Below are positions 55,559 to 64,000 of a DNA stretch of 64,000 nucleotides, piece after piece; within the stretch, counting starts at the first letter, position 1, and each line of letters opens with the position of its first letter. This DNA comes from a virus (taxonomy: Duplodnaviria > Heunggongvirae > Uroviricota > Caudoviricetes): IMG/VR virus record IMGVR_UViG_3300028585_000514; one strand, written 5' to 3'. The notes under the pieces were generated by a model. It was not told where the DNA came from. It made no database searches and saw only the letters and a list, made by a program, of their open reading frames with translations. The translations under genes were made by a program, and so were the position numbers.

Positions 55559-56773
55559 ATGTGGATGTCCCGTACCCGTCGTACCGCTGCCTTCATGGTG
55601 GCAGCAATTCTCCTCTCCGCATGTGGCGGTGGCGGTGGTGATTCCAATCCGGCTCCGGTTTCGAATGCGCCGCCTATTGCGGTTGTGCCGGAACCAGTGA
55701 AGAAGGACCCGATTCCAGTCCTGAAATCCTCCTTCGAAAACAAAGCAGTTGCCGGCAAAGCACTCGGTTCGGTGAACATGCCAGCTGAAGTGAACCTGTC
55801 GAATACGGTAGCGTTTGCCGACTTCTTCCAGGACGGTACGTACTCGATGGTCACGCATTCGCTGATCTACAATCGCGACGACCCTAAGACCGCTGGCATG
55901 ATCGGCGCCGTCCGTTTCTACAAGAACGTCAATGGCGCCTGGGTCGACAATACATCGAAGCTCCTTTCCGATACTGCCGGATGCATCCATCCGCGTAAAG
56001 CGGTGGTGGCAGATTTCAATGGCGACAGCAAGCCTGATGTGTTCATCGCATGCCATGGCTTCGATGCGCCACCATACGTCGGCGAGAAGCAGCATATGCT
56101 CCTGAGCCAGAGCGATGGTACCTACAAAAACACGACTGTTCCGTTTACATGCTACTGCCACGGCGCTTCCGCTGCCGACGTGAACGGAGACAACTTCGCT
56201 GACATCCTCGTCACCGACAATCAAGCCAATGAAACGGTACCATTCTTCTTGATGAACGACAAGAATGGCGGGTTCGTCAAGGACTTCAGTCGTCTGCCAT
56301 TCCAGCCAAAGGTGTGGAGCAGCCCGAACATCACCTACACAATGAATGTTTCGTTCACTGCTGAACTGATTGACTTCGACAGCAAAGGCCACTACGATGC
56401 ATTCCTTGCCGGCACCGAAGCTCCTGATGACGAGGCAGGCATCCCGCCAACCATCTTTAAGAATGATGGCAAAGGTGATTTCAAGAACAAAGAGACAATC
56501 ATCACGTTCGGCACCAACGCAAAATACTCGACGACACTCGACATCGCTTATGCCTGGCCATATGTCTATCTGAACCGTGTCGAAACTAAAGGCGGCTTGT
56601 ATGGCTTCAGCGCCATCGAGAAGATCGACCTTCGTGATCATAAAGTGGCCAATACGATCTATACCAACTCGAACAACTTCGCGAACGGTTCGACCTGGCT
56701 GAACTGGATCATGTTGTACCAGGACAAGGTCGTTAGTCAGAACGCAGTGTTCAACGTGTCGGTCAAACAATAG
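55559..56773 (+). CDS. lipoprotein with FG-GAP/VCBS repeats
   Basis: Lipobox LLSA-CGGGGG; ADFFQDG, ADFNGDSKPD, ADVNGDNFAD, IDFDSKG repeats; early-type promoter 55494-55523. Confidence 0.85.
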   Translation: MWMSRTRRTAAFMVAAILLSACGGGGGDSNPAPVSNAPPIAVVPEPVKKDPIPVLKSSFENKAVAGKALGSVNMPAEVNLSNTVAFADFFQDGTYSMVTHSLIYNRDDPKTAGMIGAVRFYKNVNGAWVDNTSKLLSDTAGCIHPRKAVVADFNGDSKPDVFIACHGFDAPPYVGEKQHMLLSQSDGTYKNTTVPFTCYCHGASAADVNGDNFADILVTDNQANETVPFFLMNDKNGGFVKDFSRLPFQPKVWSSPNITYTMNVSFTAELIDFDSKGHYDAFLAGTEAPDDEAGIPPTIFKNDGKGDFKNKETIITFGTNAKYSTTLDIAYAWPYVYLNRVETKGGLYGFSAIEKIDLRDHKVANTIYTNSNNFANGSTWLNWIMLYQDKVVSQNAVFNVSVKQ

Positions 56774-56789
56774 ACGATCACACCAAAGC

Positions 56790-56817
56790 AAAAAGGGAGC
56801 CATTGGCTCCCTTTTTT
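56790..56817. terminator. bidirectional terminator between convergent operons
   Basis: AAAAAGGGAGCCA-TT-GGCTCCCTTTTTT. Confidence 0.85.
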
Positions 56818-56878
56818 GTCGTCTGCAACTCCTATTGGGCATTTCAATTTGATGTCCCTGGCGGCGTCCTGATCATTC

Positions 56879-56974
56879 TCAATAGATAAATGGATCGGAC
56901 TTACCGTTGCGCTTCTTCTTGAGTAGACTCTTCTTCTTCCACGACAGAAGTAAATCTTTAAAGAACTTCAACAT
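56879..56974 (-). CDS. 31-aa basic peptide ending DPFIY (SxtK/DUF5989-like; not in ORF track)
   Basis: SD AAGGA; MLKFFKDLLLSWKKKSLLKKKRNGKSDPFIY*; overlaps the end of the SGNH gene. Confidence 0.7.
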   Translation of the reverse strand: MLKFFKDLLLSWKKKSLLKKKRNGKSDPFIY

Positions 56975-57812
56975 TTAGTTTTTCCTTTACGAAATTATGG
57001 AGTGTCTTACCCCATGAATAGTGTGCATCTTCTAGCGGATGAAGGCCTGTTCCTTGTTTAAAACCATGATCGATCGAATGTGAGTAGAATGAAATACGGG
57101 AGAAGAAATCGATAAACGTTTTATAATCCTCTACCCTACCTTGATACCATTCATTAAAGAACCAACGATCGTTCATCACCATCTCATATAAGTCTTTGAG
57201 TTGATCGTTATCCTGAATTTTCTTAATATCCGATTCTTCAAAAGAATGTTCTAGGTGATTCGACAATCCATAGCTGAAGACATAGTCCACTCCAACCGAT
57301 TCGAGATAATTCTTCAGGTGAAGAATGCCCATCAAATGCGAAGTCATGCAATGAAGCAAATCAGTACTCGCCCATTCAGCATGAAGCTTAGCCAAACGAA
57401 CAAATCCTGATGGTAGCGTAGTATGCTTGATGTGGCCTGGTATAAACTGCGCATATCGATCGTACATCATATATTCAAATCGATCGACGGTAGTCCATCC
57501 AACCACAACCAGAATTTCCTCTGGCTTGTGCGTCTTAAGCAAATTATTTACACCAAGAATCGTTGTTCTGACGATTCTCGAATTACTACCACCGCCTTCG
57601 GCGTCATTCACAATATTAGGTATTCCCAATAATTCCTTAGCGATAAAGGAATAATTGTGAGTCATCATATGCTCAATATGCTCAGGTGAAGGCACATTGA
57701 ATGTACGAGAGATGTTTGGTGAAAACTTACTCTCGTCATAGTTGAATTTCTTATTGCCAAGTTCCGACCCTTCAGTCATAGAACAGCCATTGGCGTATAA
57801 CACCGAATACAT
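56958..57812 (-). CDS. SGNH/GDSL hydrolase-like protein (DUF6071-like)
   Basis: LYANGCSMTEG (block I), NDAEGGGSN, VVVGWT..DR, HPLE.AH..W (block V). Confidence 0.75.
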   Translation of the reverse strand: MYSVLYANGCSMTEGSELGNKKFNYDESKFSPNISRTFNVPSPEHIEHMMTHNYSFIAKELLGIPNIVNDAEGGGSNSRIVRTTILGVNNLLKTHKPEEILVVVGWTTVDRFEYMMYDRYAQFIPGHIKHTTLPSGFVRLAKLHAEWASTDLLHCMTSHLMGILHLKNYLESVGVDYVFSYGLSNHLEHSFEESDIKKIQDNDQLKDLYEMVMNDRWFFNEWYQGRVEDYKTFIDFFSRISFYSHSIDHGFKQGTGLHPLEDAHYSWGKTLHNFVKEKLNVEVL

Positions 57813-57813
57813 T

Positions 57814-59094
57814 TTAAATCTCCAAATAATTTAGAAGCCCTGCCATATTTTCACCGCGAATAGTGTCTAACTTAGCGGTAACCTTTTTGAACTCTTCAAA
57901 GTTCGCGCTATCGTCTTTTTCGTACATATATGTTATGAGATTCTCAAAACCATCACCAATGATACCGTGATTAACATCTAGCCATTCGATATGTTTTCTA
58001 ATCTTCTCTGCTGCCTTATCCTTGATGTGCATTGGCAAAGCTTGGATATTGTAGTGGTCAGGATAAATCAACGGATTGATCATAAACACATCCGAATAAT
58101 AATTTTCAGGATCAGTCTTCAATCCATCTTTGATGATGTACTTCCTGTTAAGAAGAAGTTCATGCAAATCAGTGATATGGAAAATGTTCAATATGCTAAC
58201 CGTAGGATGGATGCGATACTTGATGTGTGCCATGCGTGGATCATTAGTCAGAAGCTCGAAGTTCTTTTCGACGTCAGCCCAATTGCCACCTGAGCGAATC
58301 AAGTCAAAGTATTCACCGAAGCCATCAACGCTGATTGATAGAGTGATGTCGCTGAAGTTCTTCCATAGCTCAGGTACCTCAATTCCCTTATACTTCATCA
58401 CTGTGAAGTTTGTGGAATAAAGAATTTCTAAATCGGTATTGCCTTCCTCTAGGAAGCGGTTGATCATACGGTAGTGTTCATCCATCAACAGTGGTTCGCC
58501 GCCAGCAAAGTGAATGCTTTCGACGTGCGGGTACAACGGATCGATCATGTCCCAGAATTGATCCTTGTCCTCTACGATTTTGAGGAAGCGACCTTTACCA
58601 TATTGCGCCTTATCGATATTATGGACAGCTAAGAAATCATCGTACCATGGAGTGGAGAAATCAGGACCACATGTTCTGCATTTGAGATTGCAGATATTAG
58701 AGAATCTGAAGTCCCAATGGACGATATTAAGCTCTGGAACAGAACCATCTACTTCTGTTGATTGAACCACATCGTAGTATTTCTCGGCATACTTTGCATT
58801 GAGGCCATCACGTAACGTAGAGAACTTGTTTGTGCCTTTTGAATAGCAGCGATTGCAGACATCTGGTGTAGGGACATCGTTCAGCATGTTGCGTCGAAGT
58901 TCGCGCATCTTTTCGCTGTTCCAAACTTGGATGATTGATTCTTTTTTGAGGTTGCCTACGTTGGCCTCAAAAGGGGACAAGCAGCATGGAATAACATCGC
59001 CGGTAGGTAGACCATGAAGGTGTGTCCACGGGCTCATACAAAACACTTTAGAATGCTGTGTATAAAATTCCTTAGTGTTCATTTCCATTTTCAT
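57814..59094 (-). CDS. radical SAM protein with N-terminal SPASM/twitch-like domain
   Basis: FCMSPW, GDVIPCC, WNS..M..LR, CNRCY; CNLKCRTC; FAGGEP, STN, SVDG; start at 59094 (SD AAGGA, late promoter 59117-59124). Confidence 0.92.
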   Translation of the reverse strand: MKMEMNTKEFYTQHSKVFCMSPWTHLHGLPTGDVIPCCLSPFEANVGNLKKESIIQVWNSEKMRELRRNMLNDVPTPDVCNRCYSKGTNKFSTLRDGLNAKYAEKYYDVVQSTEVDGSVPELNIVHWDFRFSNICNLKCRTCGPDFSTPWYDDFLAVHNIDKAQYGKGRFLKIVEDKDQFWDMIDPLYPHVESIHFAGGEPLLMDEHYRMINRFLEEGNTDLEILYSTNFTVMKYKGIEVPELWKNFSDITLSISVDGFGEYFDLIRSGGNWADVEKNFELLTNDPRMAHIKYRIHPTVSILNIFHITDLHELLLNRKYIIKDGLKTDPENYYSDVFMINPLIYPDHYNIQALPMHIKDKAAEKIRKHIEWLDVNHGIIGDGFENLITYMYEKDDSANFEEFKKVTAKLDTIRGENMAGLLNYLEI

Positions 59095-59139
59095 ATTAGT
59101 GTCCTTTATAAAGTCATATTTATCTTTTGCCAAAAAACA

Positions 59140-59164
59140 AAAAAGGAGACCGAAGTCTCCTTTT
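59140..59164 (-). terminator. intrinsic terminator with cUUCGg loop
   Basis: Minus strand AAAAGGAGAC-TTCG-GTCTCCTTTTTT. Confidence 0.8.
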
Positions 59165-59166
59165 CA

Positions 59167-60714
59167 TTAAGCGCCTACCTTTGGTTCTACAAAGTCCTGT
59201 GAACCCGGATTCGCAGCAGAAGGTTCAAGAATCCATCCTTCTTTGTTTGCTCTTTCAACAAGCTCATCAACATGCTTCCAACCTTTAGTTGAATCACCAC
59301 TCACCAATTTGATTGGAATCATAGTGGTCTTAGGCAACGATTTAAACCAGTCAGCTAGCATCGGGAATGTCTCGCAGAAGTTCTTGCTACGACGTTGATC
59401 GTACTGGTCGAAGAAGCTACGGAAGTCTCGTTGACGTGACTCCATGCTCGACGTATAGCTATGGCCTTCTTCCACTTCACGAAGATATGCGATCAAACGT
59501 TCGATGCCATCGTGTTCCATCTGGTGCAGCAAGCCACGACCATTGTTGGTCACTGGTTCGTTATCCCAATGTGCCGCTAGCCATTTCTCAAGATGATCAG
59601 CACGCTCAGCACGAATATCAACCGGCAGAGCCAATGCACTTTGGAAGCTAGGGAAGCGCAGAATGTTGAAGCTCATCATACATTGATGCCGTCCATATTG
59701 CTTCTTGATATTCAGCATCTCATCCATGAACTCGGTGATGGAGAACAAGCACAAGCTGTTGATGGTCATCATCATGTGAACCATCTTGACATTGCCCTTC
59801 TCGATCATCATCTTCACGTTGTTGATCCATGTATCCCAGATCAGCCCGTCGCGAATGTATTCAGCGTGTGCACCAAACGATTCGTTCGACGTATAGAGGT
59901 GGAAGTCTTTGAAACTATGTGACACATCACATAGACGTTCGATCAATGATTGCTTAGCACCAAGGTTCGAGTTCACTGCCAACTGCACGTTACACTCTGG
60001 ATGCTGTTTCCACCAGTCCATGAGCTTCCAAAAGTCTGGACTCATAGTTGCTTCGCCGCCAGTAATGCGCAGCTCTTTCAGCGAGTGTTGAAGGTCATTC
60101 TCCCACCATTGCATGAATGCAGCAACGTATGGATTACCTTCATTCTTCAGGCCGTATGGCTGTGCCCATGAGCCGTCTTGTTGGAAAGCACCAGCGCCAT
60201 CACTGACGAGATTTTGGTATGGGCCATCGACTCGAATGTCCTTCATCCACGTGGTCGAGAACGATGGGTTGCAGTATGAGCAAGCGAAGTTACACGTTGC
60301 GTCAAATGCAATCTCCAGGGTCTTGAGGTCGACGTCACCTGTTTCCTTGTGAACGGTTGCAGCATCGATCAGTTCCTGATCGGAGTAGATGATCGACTTG
60401 TAGGTGCGGTCGCTGACTTTGTCTTTGCCAAGGTCTTCGATCTTCCAGCAGTATTCGCATTCAGCCGGGCGTTCACCATCCAGCATCTGCTTACGAACCA
60501 TCTTCTTGTACTTGGTATTGTGCAGAGCCTTGTAGCTTTGCTCAAGTTCTTCGAGCGGAATCTTGTGTGCTGGAGGGTGGTGGCACGATGCAGTGGTACC
60601 ACTACCGAGCCAAACGGTAGCGTTGTACCATTTAGCTCCGCAGAAGCTCGGGCTGATCGAATCGATCATGCGGTCCCGATACTCCTGATAAGTTTCGCCT
60701 TGAAGTTTTGGCAT
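59167..60714 (-). CDS. radical SAM protein
   Basis: FCGAKW, ASCHHP, ECEYCW; CNFACSYC; RITGGE, NSN. Confidence 0.93.
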   Translation of the reverse strand: MPKLQGETYQEYRDRMIDSISPSFCGAKWYNATVWLGSGTTASCHHPPAHKIPLEELEQSYKALHNTKYKKMVRKQMLDGERPAECEYCWKIEDLGKDKVSDRTYKSIIYSDQELIDAATVHKETGDVDLKTLEIAFDATCNFACSYCNPSFSTTWMKDIRVDGPYQNLVSDGAGAFQQDGSWAQPYGLKNEGNPYVAAFMQWWENDLQHSLKELRITGGEATMSPDFWKLMDWWKQHPECNVQLAVNSNLGAKQSLIERLCDVSHSFKDFHLYTSNESFGAHAEYIRDGLIWDTWINNVKMMIEKGNVKMVHMMMTINSLCLFSITEFMDEMLNIKKQYGRHQCMMSFNILRFPSFQSALALPVDIRAERADHLEKWLAAHWDNEPVTNNGRGLLHQMEHDGIERLIAYLREVEEGHSYTSSMESRQRDFRSFFDQYDQRRSKNFCETFPMLADWFKSLPKTTMIPIKLVSGDSTKGWKHVDELVERANKEGWILEPSAANPGSQDFVEPKVGA

Positions 60715-60743
60715 GTTATTCCTTATGTGTTATGAGAACTTAT

Positions 60744-62159
60744 TTATTGGCCGATTCCGTCATAGGCATTGCGGCAATCTTCATAGAACGGAACCAGCTC
60801 GGGGAATGTTTCGTAGAAGTTCGTATCACGACGTTCGTCGTACTGTTCGTGGTAGATGAAGAAGTTCTTCATGTTCACGATACGTGCTTCCTCTTCACCA
60901 TTCATGAAGTCAATCAAGCGTTCCACTTGGTCAATCTCTTCTAGGTAGAAGCGGCCAGCTTTAGTTGGATCGGCTTGACGAGTGCGAGCCATCACAGTAT
61001 CACGCCAGATTGGACCATACTTCTCTTTGATGTCCTTTGGTAGATTGCGGATGTTCAGGTAATGCGGCCAGCGAACATAAGCGATCATCATCGGGATACG
61101 ATTCTCTGCATCAGTCTCATTGAACTCGGTGCGGAGGGTGTACACGAACTTGAGGAACTCATCGAACGTGGTCACGCTTAGAAGGTTGGTTGCAACCATA
61201 AAGTGCAAACGCGTCTCGGTGTTCTTGAGGAAGTATCGGCAGTTTTCAGCGAACTCGTCGTAGGTCATGCCATAACGAATGTACTCTGCTTGCGCACCGG
61301 TCGCTTCGAGGCTGGTGTACACTTCGAACGACTTAACTTTGCCTTTCAGCAGATTGCTGTACTCAACGAGTTTGTCAATCAATTTTCGTGGCACGTTCAT
61401 ATTCGTGTTCACTGCCAACTCCAAGTCTGGACGCGGGTTAGCAATCAGCTCATCAAACACTCGCCACGTGTGCTTCGATAATAGTGGCTCACCACCAGTG
61501 ATGCGGAACACCTTGAGTGTTTGAACAAGCTCTGGCCACCATTTCCAGAATGCTTCAACATATGGATTGTAATCATCACGTTTGATTGGAAAACGCCCAA
61601 TCGACTTTAGCCAGCCATGATCATGAGCAGTGCCTTGCGCAAGTTGGTATGGGCCATGACGTTCAATCTCTTCCGTCCATTTCGACGATACGTCCGAGGT
61701 GCAGTATGTGCACTTGAAGTTGCAGGTATTTTCGAATGCAACCTCGAGGTAGGTCGGGTTGATGTCGTTACCAAGCCCGGACGCCTTCACGACGTCCAGG
61801 GACTCCATAGCCCATGGGCTAGTGGATTTATATGTCCGATCGCTTAGGTGATCCCCAGGGCCGTTCTCAATGTTCCAGCAGTATGTACATTCGGGTGTTT
61901 GGATGCCTTTCAGCATGTCCTCACGTGCAACGAATTTGATCGGGGTATTGTGAAGCGCCTTAGGATTCGCTTCAACTGCTTTCGGATCGACTTTATGGGA
62001 CGATGGGTGGTGGCAGCTATGGGTGTACCCATTCCAAAGGTAGATGGTCGATTGCAACCATTTTGCGGTACAGAACGTTGGTGAAATCTTATTGATTACT
62101 TCATCACGAAGGCGATAGTTCTCCTCCATGATGATTTGATTGCGACTTTTTTCTGTCAT
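60744..62159 (-). CDS. radical SAM protein (paralog of 59167-60714)
   Basis: FCTAKW, HSCHHP, ECTYCW; CNFKCTYC; RITGGEP, NTN, AEYIRYG. Confidence 0.93.
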   Translation of the reverse strand: MTEKSRNQIIMEENYRLRDEVINKISPTFCTAKWLQSTIYLWNGYTHSCHHPSSHKVDPKAVEANPKALHNTPIKFVAREDMLKGIQTPECTYCWNIENGPGDHLSDRTYKSTSPWAMESLDVVKASGLGNDINPTYLEVAFENTCNFKCTYCTSDVSSKWTEEIERHGPYQLAQGTAHDHGWLKSIGRFPIKRDDYNPYVEAFWKWWPELVQTLKVFRITGGEPLLSKHTWRVFDELIANPRPDLELAVNTNMNVPRKLIDKLVEYSNLLKGKVKSFEVYTSLEATGAQAEYIRYGMTYDEFAENCRYFLKNTETRLHFMVATNLLSVTTFDEFLKFVYTLRTEFNETDAENRIPMMIAYVRWPHYLNIRNLPKDIKEKYGPIWRDTVMARTRQADPTKAGRFYLEEIDQVERLIDFMNGEEEARIVNMKNFFIYHEQYDERRDTNFYETFPELVPFYEDCRNAYDGIGQ

Positions 62160-63082
62160 TAGATGCTCACGAGAATTTCTTTTTCGAGACGTACGGAATA
62201 TTCCTGATTTGGATGCTCATACACTTGTTTGAAGAACTTGCTTTGAGCTTCATCAAAGTATGCCAGATTGAGTCCCATGTGCTTGTTGATCGAATCGCCT
62301 AGTTCATAGACCTTGTCGATCATATCGCCTTCAGACTTAAACTGATCGAGGTAATCGTTACCGAACTTCTTAAACCAATCGTAGTCACTGATGTTTGCGA
62401 GGCTGAAGGAAGTATCGATGTTCGCCATGTAAATGCCCAGGCGCGTTCCTAGGATGGATTCGATACCGTTTTCGACATCGGCGCCGACGCACGCCCAAAT
62501 CATCAGGCGACGGAGGTTTGCATCATGGATAATGTTCTTGACCTGGACCTTGTCAAGGCGATTGCCCTGGTCTAGGGTCATCTTCACGCCTTCACGGAAG
62601 CCAGCACGGAATGCTTGGAATGGCGAGCCGTTTGTGTATGTGGTCGAGAGGACGGAGTTCAATTGTAGGTACTGATTGTCCCAGCAAAAGTCAAGCTTCT
62701 CAGCTTCAGTCTCTGCTGCTTCATGAGTACGCATGCCAAGCACAAAGTCTTTGGTCCAAAGCTTAACACCGCCATTGCCGTAGATCAGACCGTTCACTGC
62801 GTTTACTGCGTTCCAGCTCAACGATGCTTTGGCGTATTTTTCTGGGATGTCGATGACCATATCGAACACTCGAGGATCGACGATGTTGTCACCATCAATG
62901 GTGATGAAGCGATCAGTCTCGCTTTGATTGGCGCATGCTTTGTGAGCAGCGTCAAAGCCCTTAACGCCATGAACACGTTTGGCCCATGGCGCTTTCTCTA
63001 GAAGGTCTGCCCAATTCTCTTCACACTTCGGTTCGTCGTATGATAGGTAGAATAGGTCAAATTCACTCATCTGTTGCTGCAT
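62159..63082 (-). CDS. GT-A-fold glycosyltransferase-like protein
   Basis: LSYDEP..EENW, AKRVHGVKG.D.AHK, IDGD (DxD), NGLIYGNGGVK, AFRAGFRE; late promoter CATAAATA 63146-63153. Confidence 0.7.
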   Translation of the reverse strand: MQQQMSEFDLFYLSYDEPKCEENWADLLEKAPWAKRVHGVKGFDAAHKACANQSETDRFITIDGDNIVDPRVFDMVIDIPEKYAKASLSWNAVNAVNGLIYGNGGVKLWTKDFVLGMRTHEAAETEAEKLDFCWDNQYLQLNSVLSTTYTNGSPFQAFRAGFREGVKMTLDQGNRLDKVQVKNIIHDANLRRLMIWACVGADVENGIESILGTRLGIYMANIDTSFSLANISDYDWFKKFGNDYLDQFKSEGDMIDKVYELGDSINKHMGLNLAYFDEAQSKFFKQVYEHPNQEYSVRLEKEILVSI

Positions 63083-63148
63083 ATTTGTTATCCTTTATTG
63101 TCTTGGAAAGCAACGCATGAACTATGCGTTGCTTTTTGTATGTTTTAT

Positions 63149-63700
63149 TTATGGGATGATTTTCAATCCATATGAGTCAAACACCTTGCGAGTGAAGATG
63201 CTAACTAAACGCGGATTATGCACGAAGCCGAACTTCTCTTCGCCGGTCGAGATCAAGCGTTTCATATCCACTGACAAAACAGTAATCAGCTTGTTCGGAT
63301 CATTCTTTTCAGACACATAGAATAAAGTCTGCGCATCATCGATGTTTGCGAACAACGTCATTGCATACTGAATGAGTTCGGGCTTGATCGTAACAACGAG
63401 TTGTTCGTTGTCAATCGTTAGAAGGACGTCTGGATTTTCAGTGCCTTCCTTGATCATCACCGGAGAGTAGTAGAACGGCACCAGCACTTCGTTTGTCTTG
63501 TCCTTCTTGACAAAGTGTGTCGTGGCACCATCGTGATAGACGACGTAGTCGTTGATCGTGTGCGGCTGATCGATGAATGAGATGCCAAGCTCTTGATTGA
63601 TGCGGATAACGTGGAAGTCATCTGCACCATCTAGAACAGGAGAAACGCGACAGACTGTCATCGTTTCTTTGTCAACGTAGAGATACCAATTGTCAGTCAT
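63149..63700 (-). CDS. hypothetical protein
   Basis: ORF coupled (ATGA) to the upstream gene. Confidence 0.7.
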   Translation of the reverse strand: MTDNWYLYVDKETMTVCRVSPVLDGADDFHVIRINQELGISFIDQPHTINDYVVYHDGATTHFVKKDKTNEVLVPFYYSPVMIKEGTENPDVLLTIDNEQLVVTIKPELIQYAMTLFANIDDAQTLFYVSEKNDPNKLITVLSVDMKRLISTGEEKFGFVHNPRLVSIFTRKVFDSYGLKIIP

Positions 63701-64000
63701 TTTACACCTAGCTTTCGTTCCATTGTCGCGATCATCTCATCCGTCACGAAGTCTTTCACGTGGTAGTGGAAAGGCAGCGTTTGGCGGTAGTTGCCGATGT
63801 TCAGTTCACAATCGTTGTTGAAGTACACTTGAACCACTTTGTTCCACTCCTCGGGAATCGGAGGAGCATTTCGATCCAAGTGCCACTTTTGGAGTTGCGT
63901 CTTCATGTGGACAAAGGTCGGAACAGGAATGTGGGGGTTCATATTTAGCGACTCAATGTCCAGAATCTTTGCAGCGATCGCGAAGACTACGTCAGTACTG
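63697..64000 (-). CDS. C-terminus of a probable glycosyltransferase (begins outside window)
   Basis: Frame stays open past 64000: STDVVFAIAAKILD...PTFVHMK...Q..PFHYHVK. Confidence 0.5.
   Translation of the reverse strand, partial: STDVVFAIAAKILDIESLNMNPHIPVPTFVHMKTQLQKWHLDRNAPPIPEEWNKVVQVYFNNDCELNIGNYRQTLPFHYHVKDFVTDEMIATMERKLGVK

Noticed and set aside
59095-59133. TTG start at 59133 for the third radical SAM gene
   Set aside because: Lies in the terminator U-tract upstream of the late promoter; ATG 59094 has an SD
1-64000. CRISPR array, tRNA genes, introns/inteins, transposases, reverse transcriptase
   Set aside because: No regularly spaced direct repeats or cloverleafs seen; terL, nrdA, nrdB and helicases are uninterrupted; no matching motifs by eye (a formal scan was not possible)
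1-64000. Alternative genetic code (stop-codon reassignment seen in some jumbo phages)
   Set aside because: Core genes are full length under code 11 and all three stops terminate genes

Overview
64-kb segment of a large T4-superfamily (jumbo-type) myophage genome; no cellular housekeeping genes, rRNA, tRNA or CRISPR array were seen. The minus-strand left arm (1-14.7 kb) carries GC-richer early genes driven by a recurring TGTACA-N17-TAnnAT promoter (DUF932, UvrB, DinG-like helicase, DHFR, phosphoesterase, ATP-dependent ligase). The plus strand carries morphogenesis and replication genes (gp19-like tube, gp4, TerS/TerL, gp32, UvsX/Y/W, GH108 endolysin, NrdAB, dCMP deaminase, GroES, clamp loader, a split minimal DnaE) with many T4-type late promoters (nATAAATA). 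Most interesting: (1) a late-promoter biosynthetic system split over two loci (carbamoyltransferase plus triple-glycosyltransferase/methyltransferase at 15-19 kb; glycosyltransferases, three radical SAM enzymes, an SGNH hydrolase and an unannotated 31-aa 'DPFIY' SxtK-like peptide at 57-64 kb), possibly decorating the virion or DNA; (2) about twelve proteins with T4 capsid-targeting-like N-termini carrying ART, PRTase, AAA and GNAT cargo; (3) a ~320-nt structured non-coding element upstream of a dead terminase paralog; (4) a DnaE catalytic half that seems to need an ATA start. All family calls come from motif recognition by eye, not database searches.
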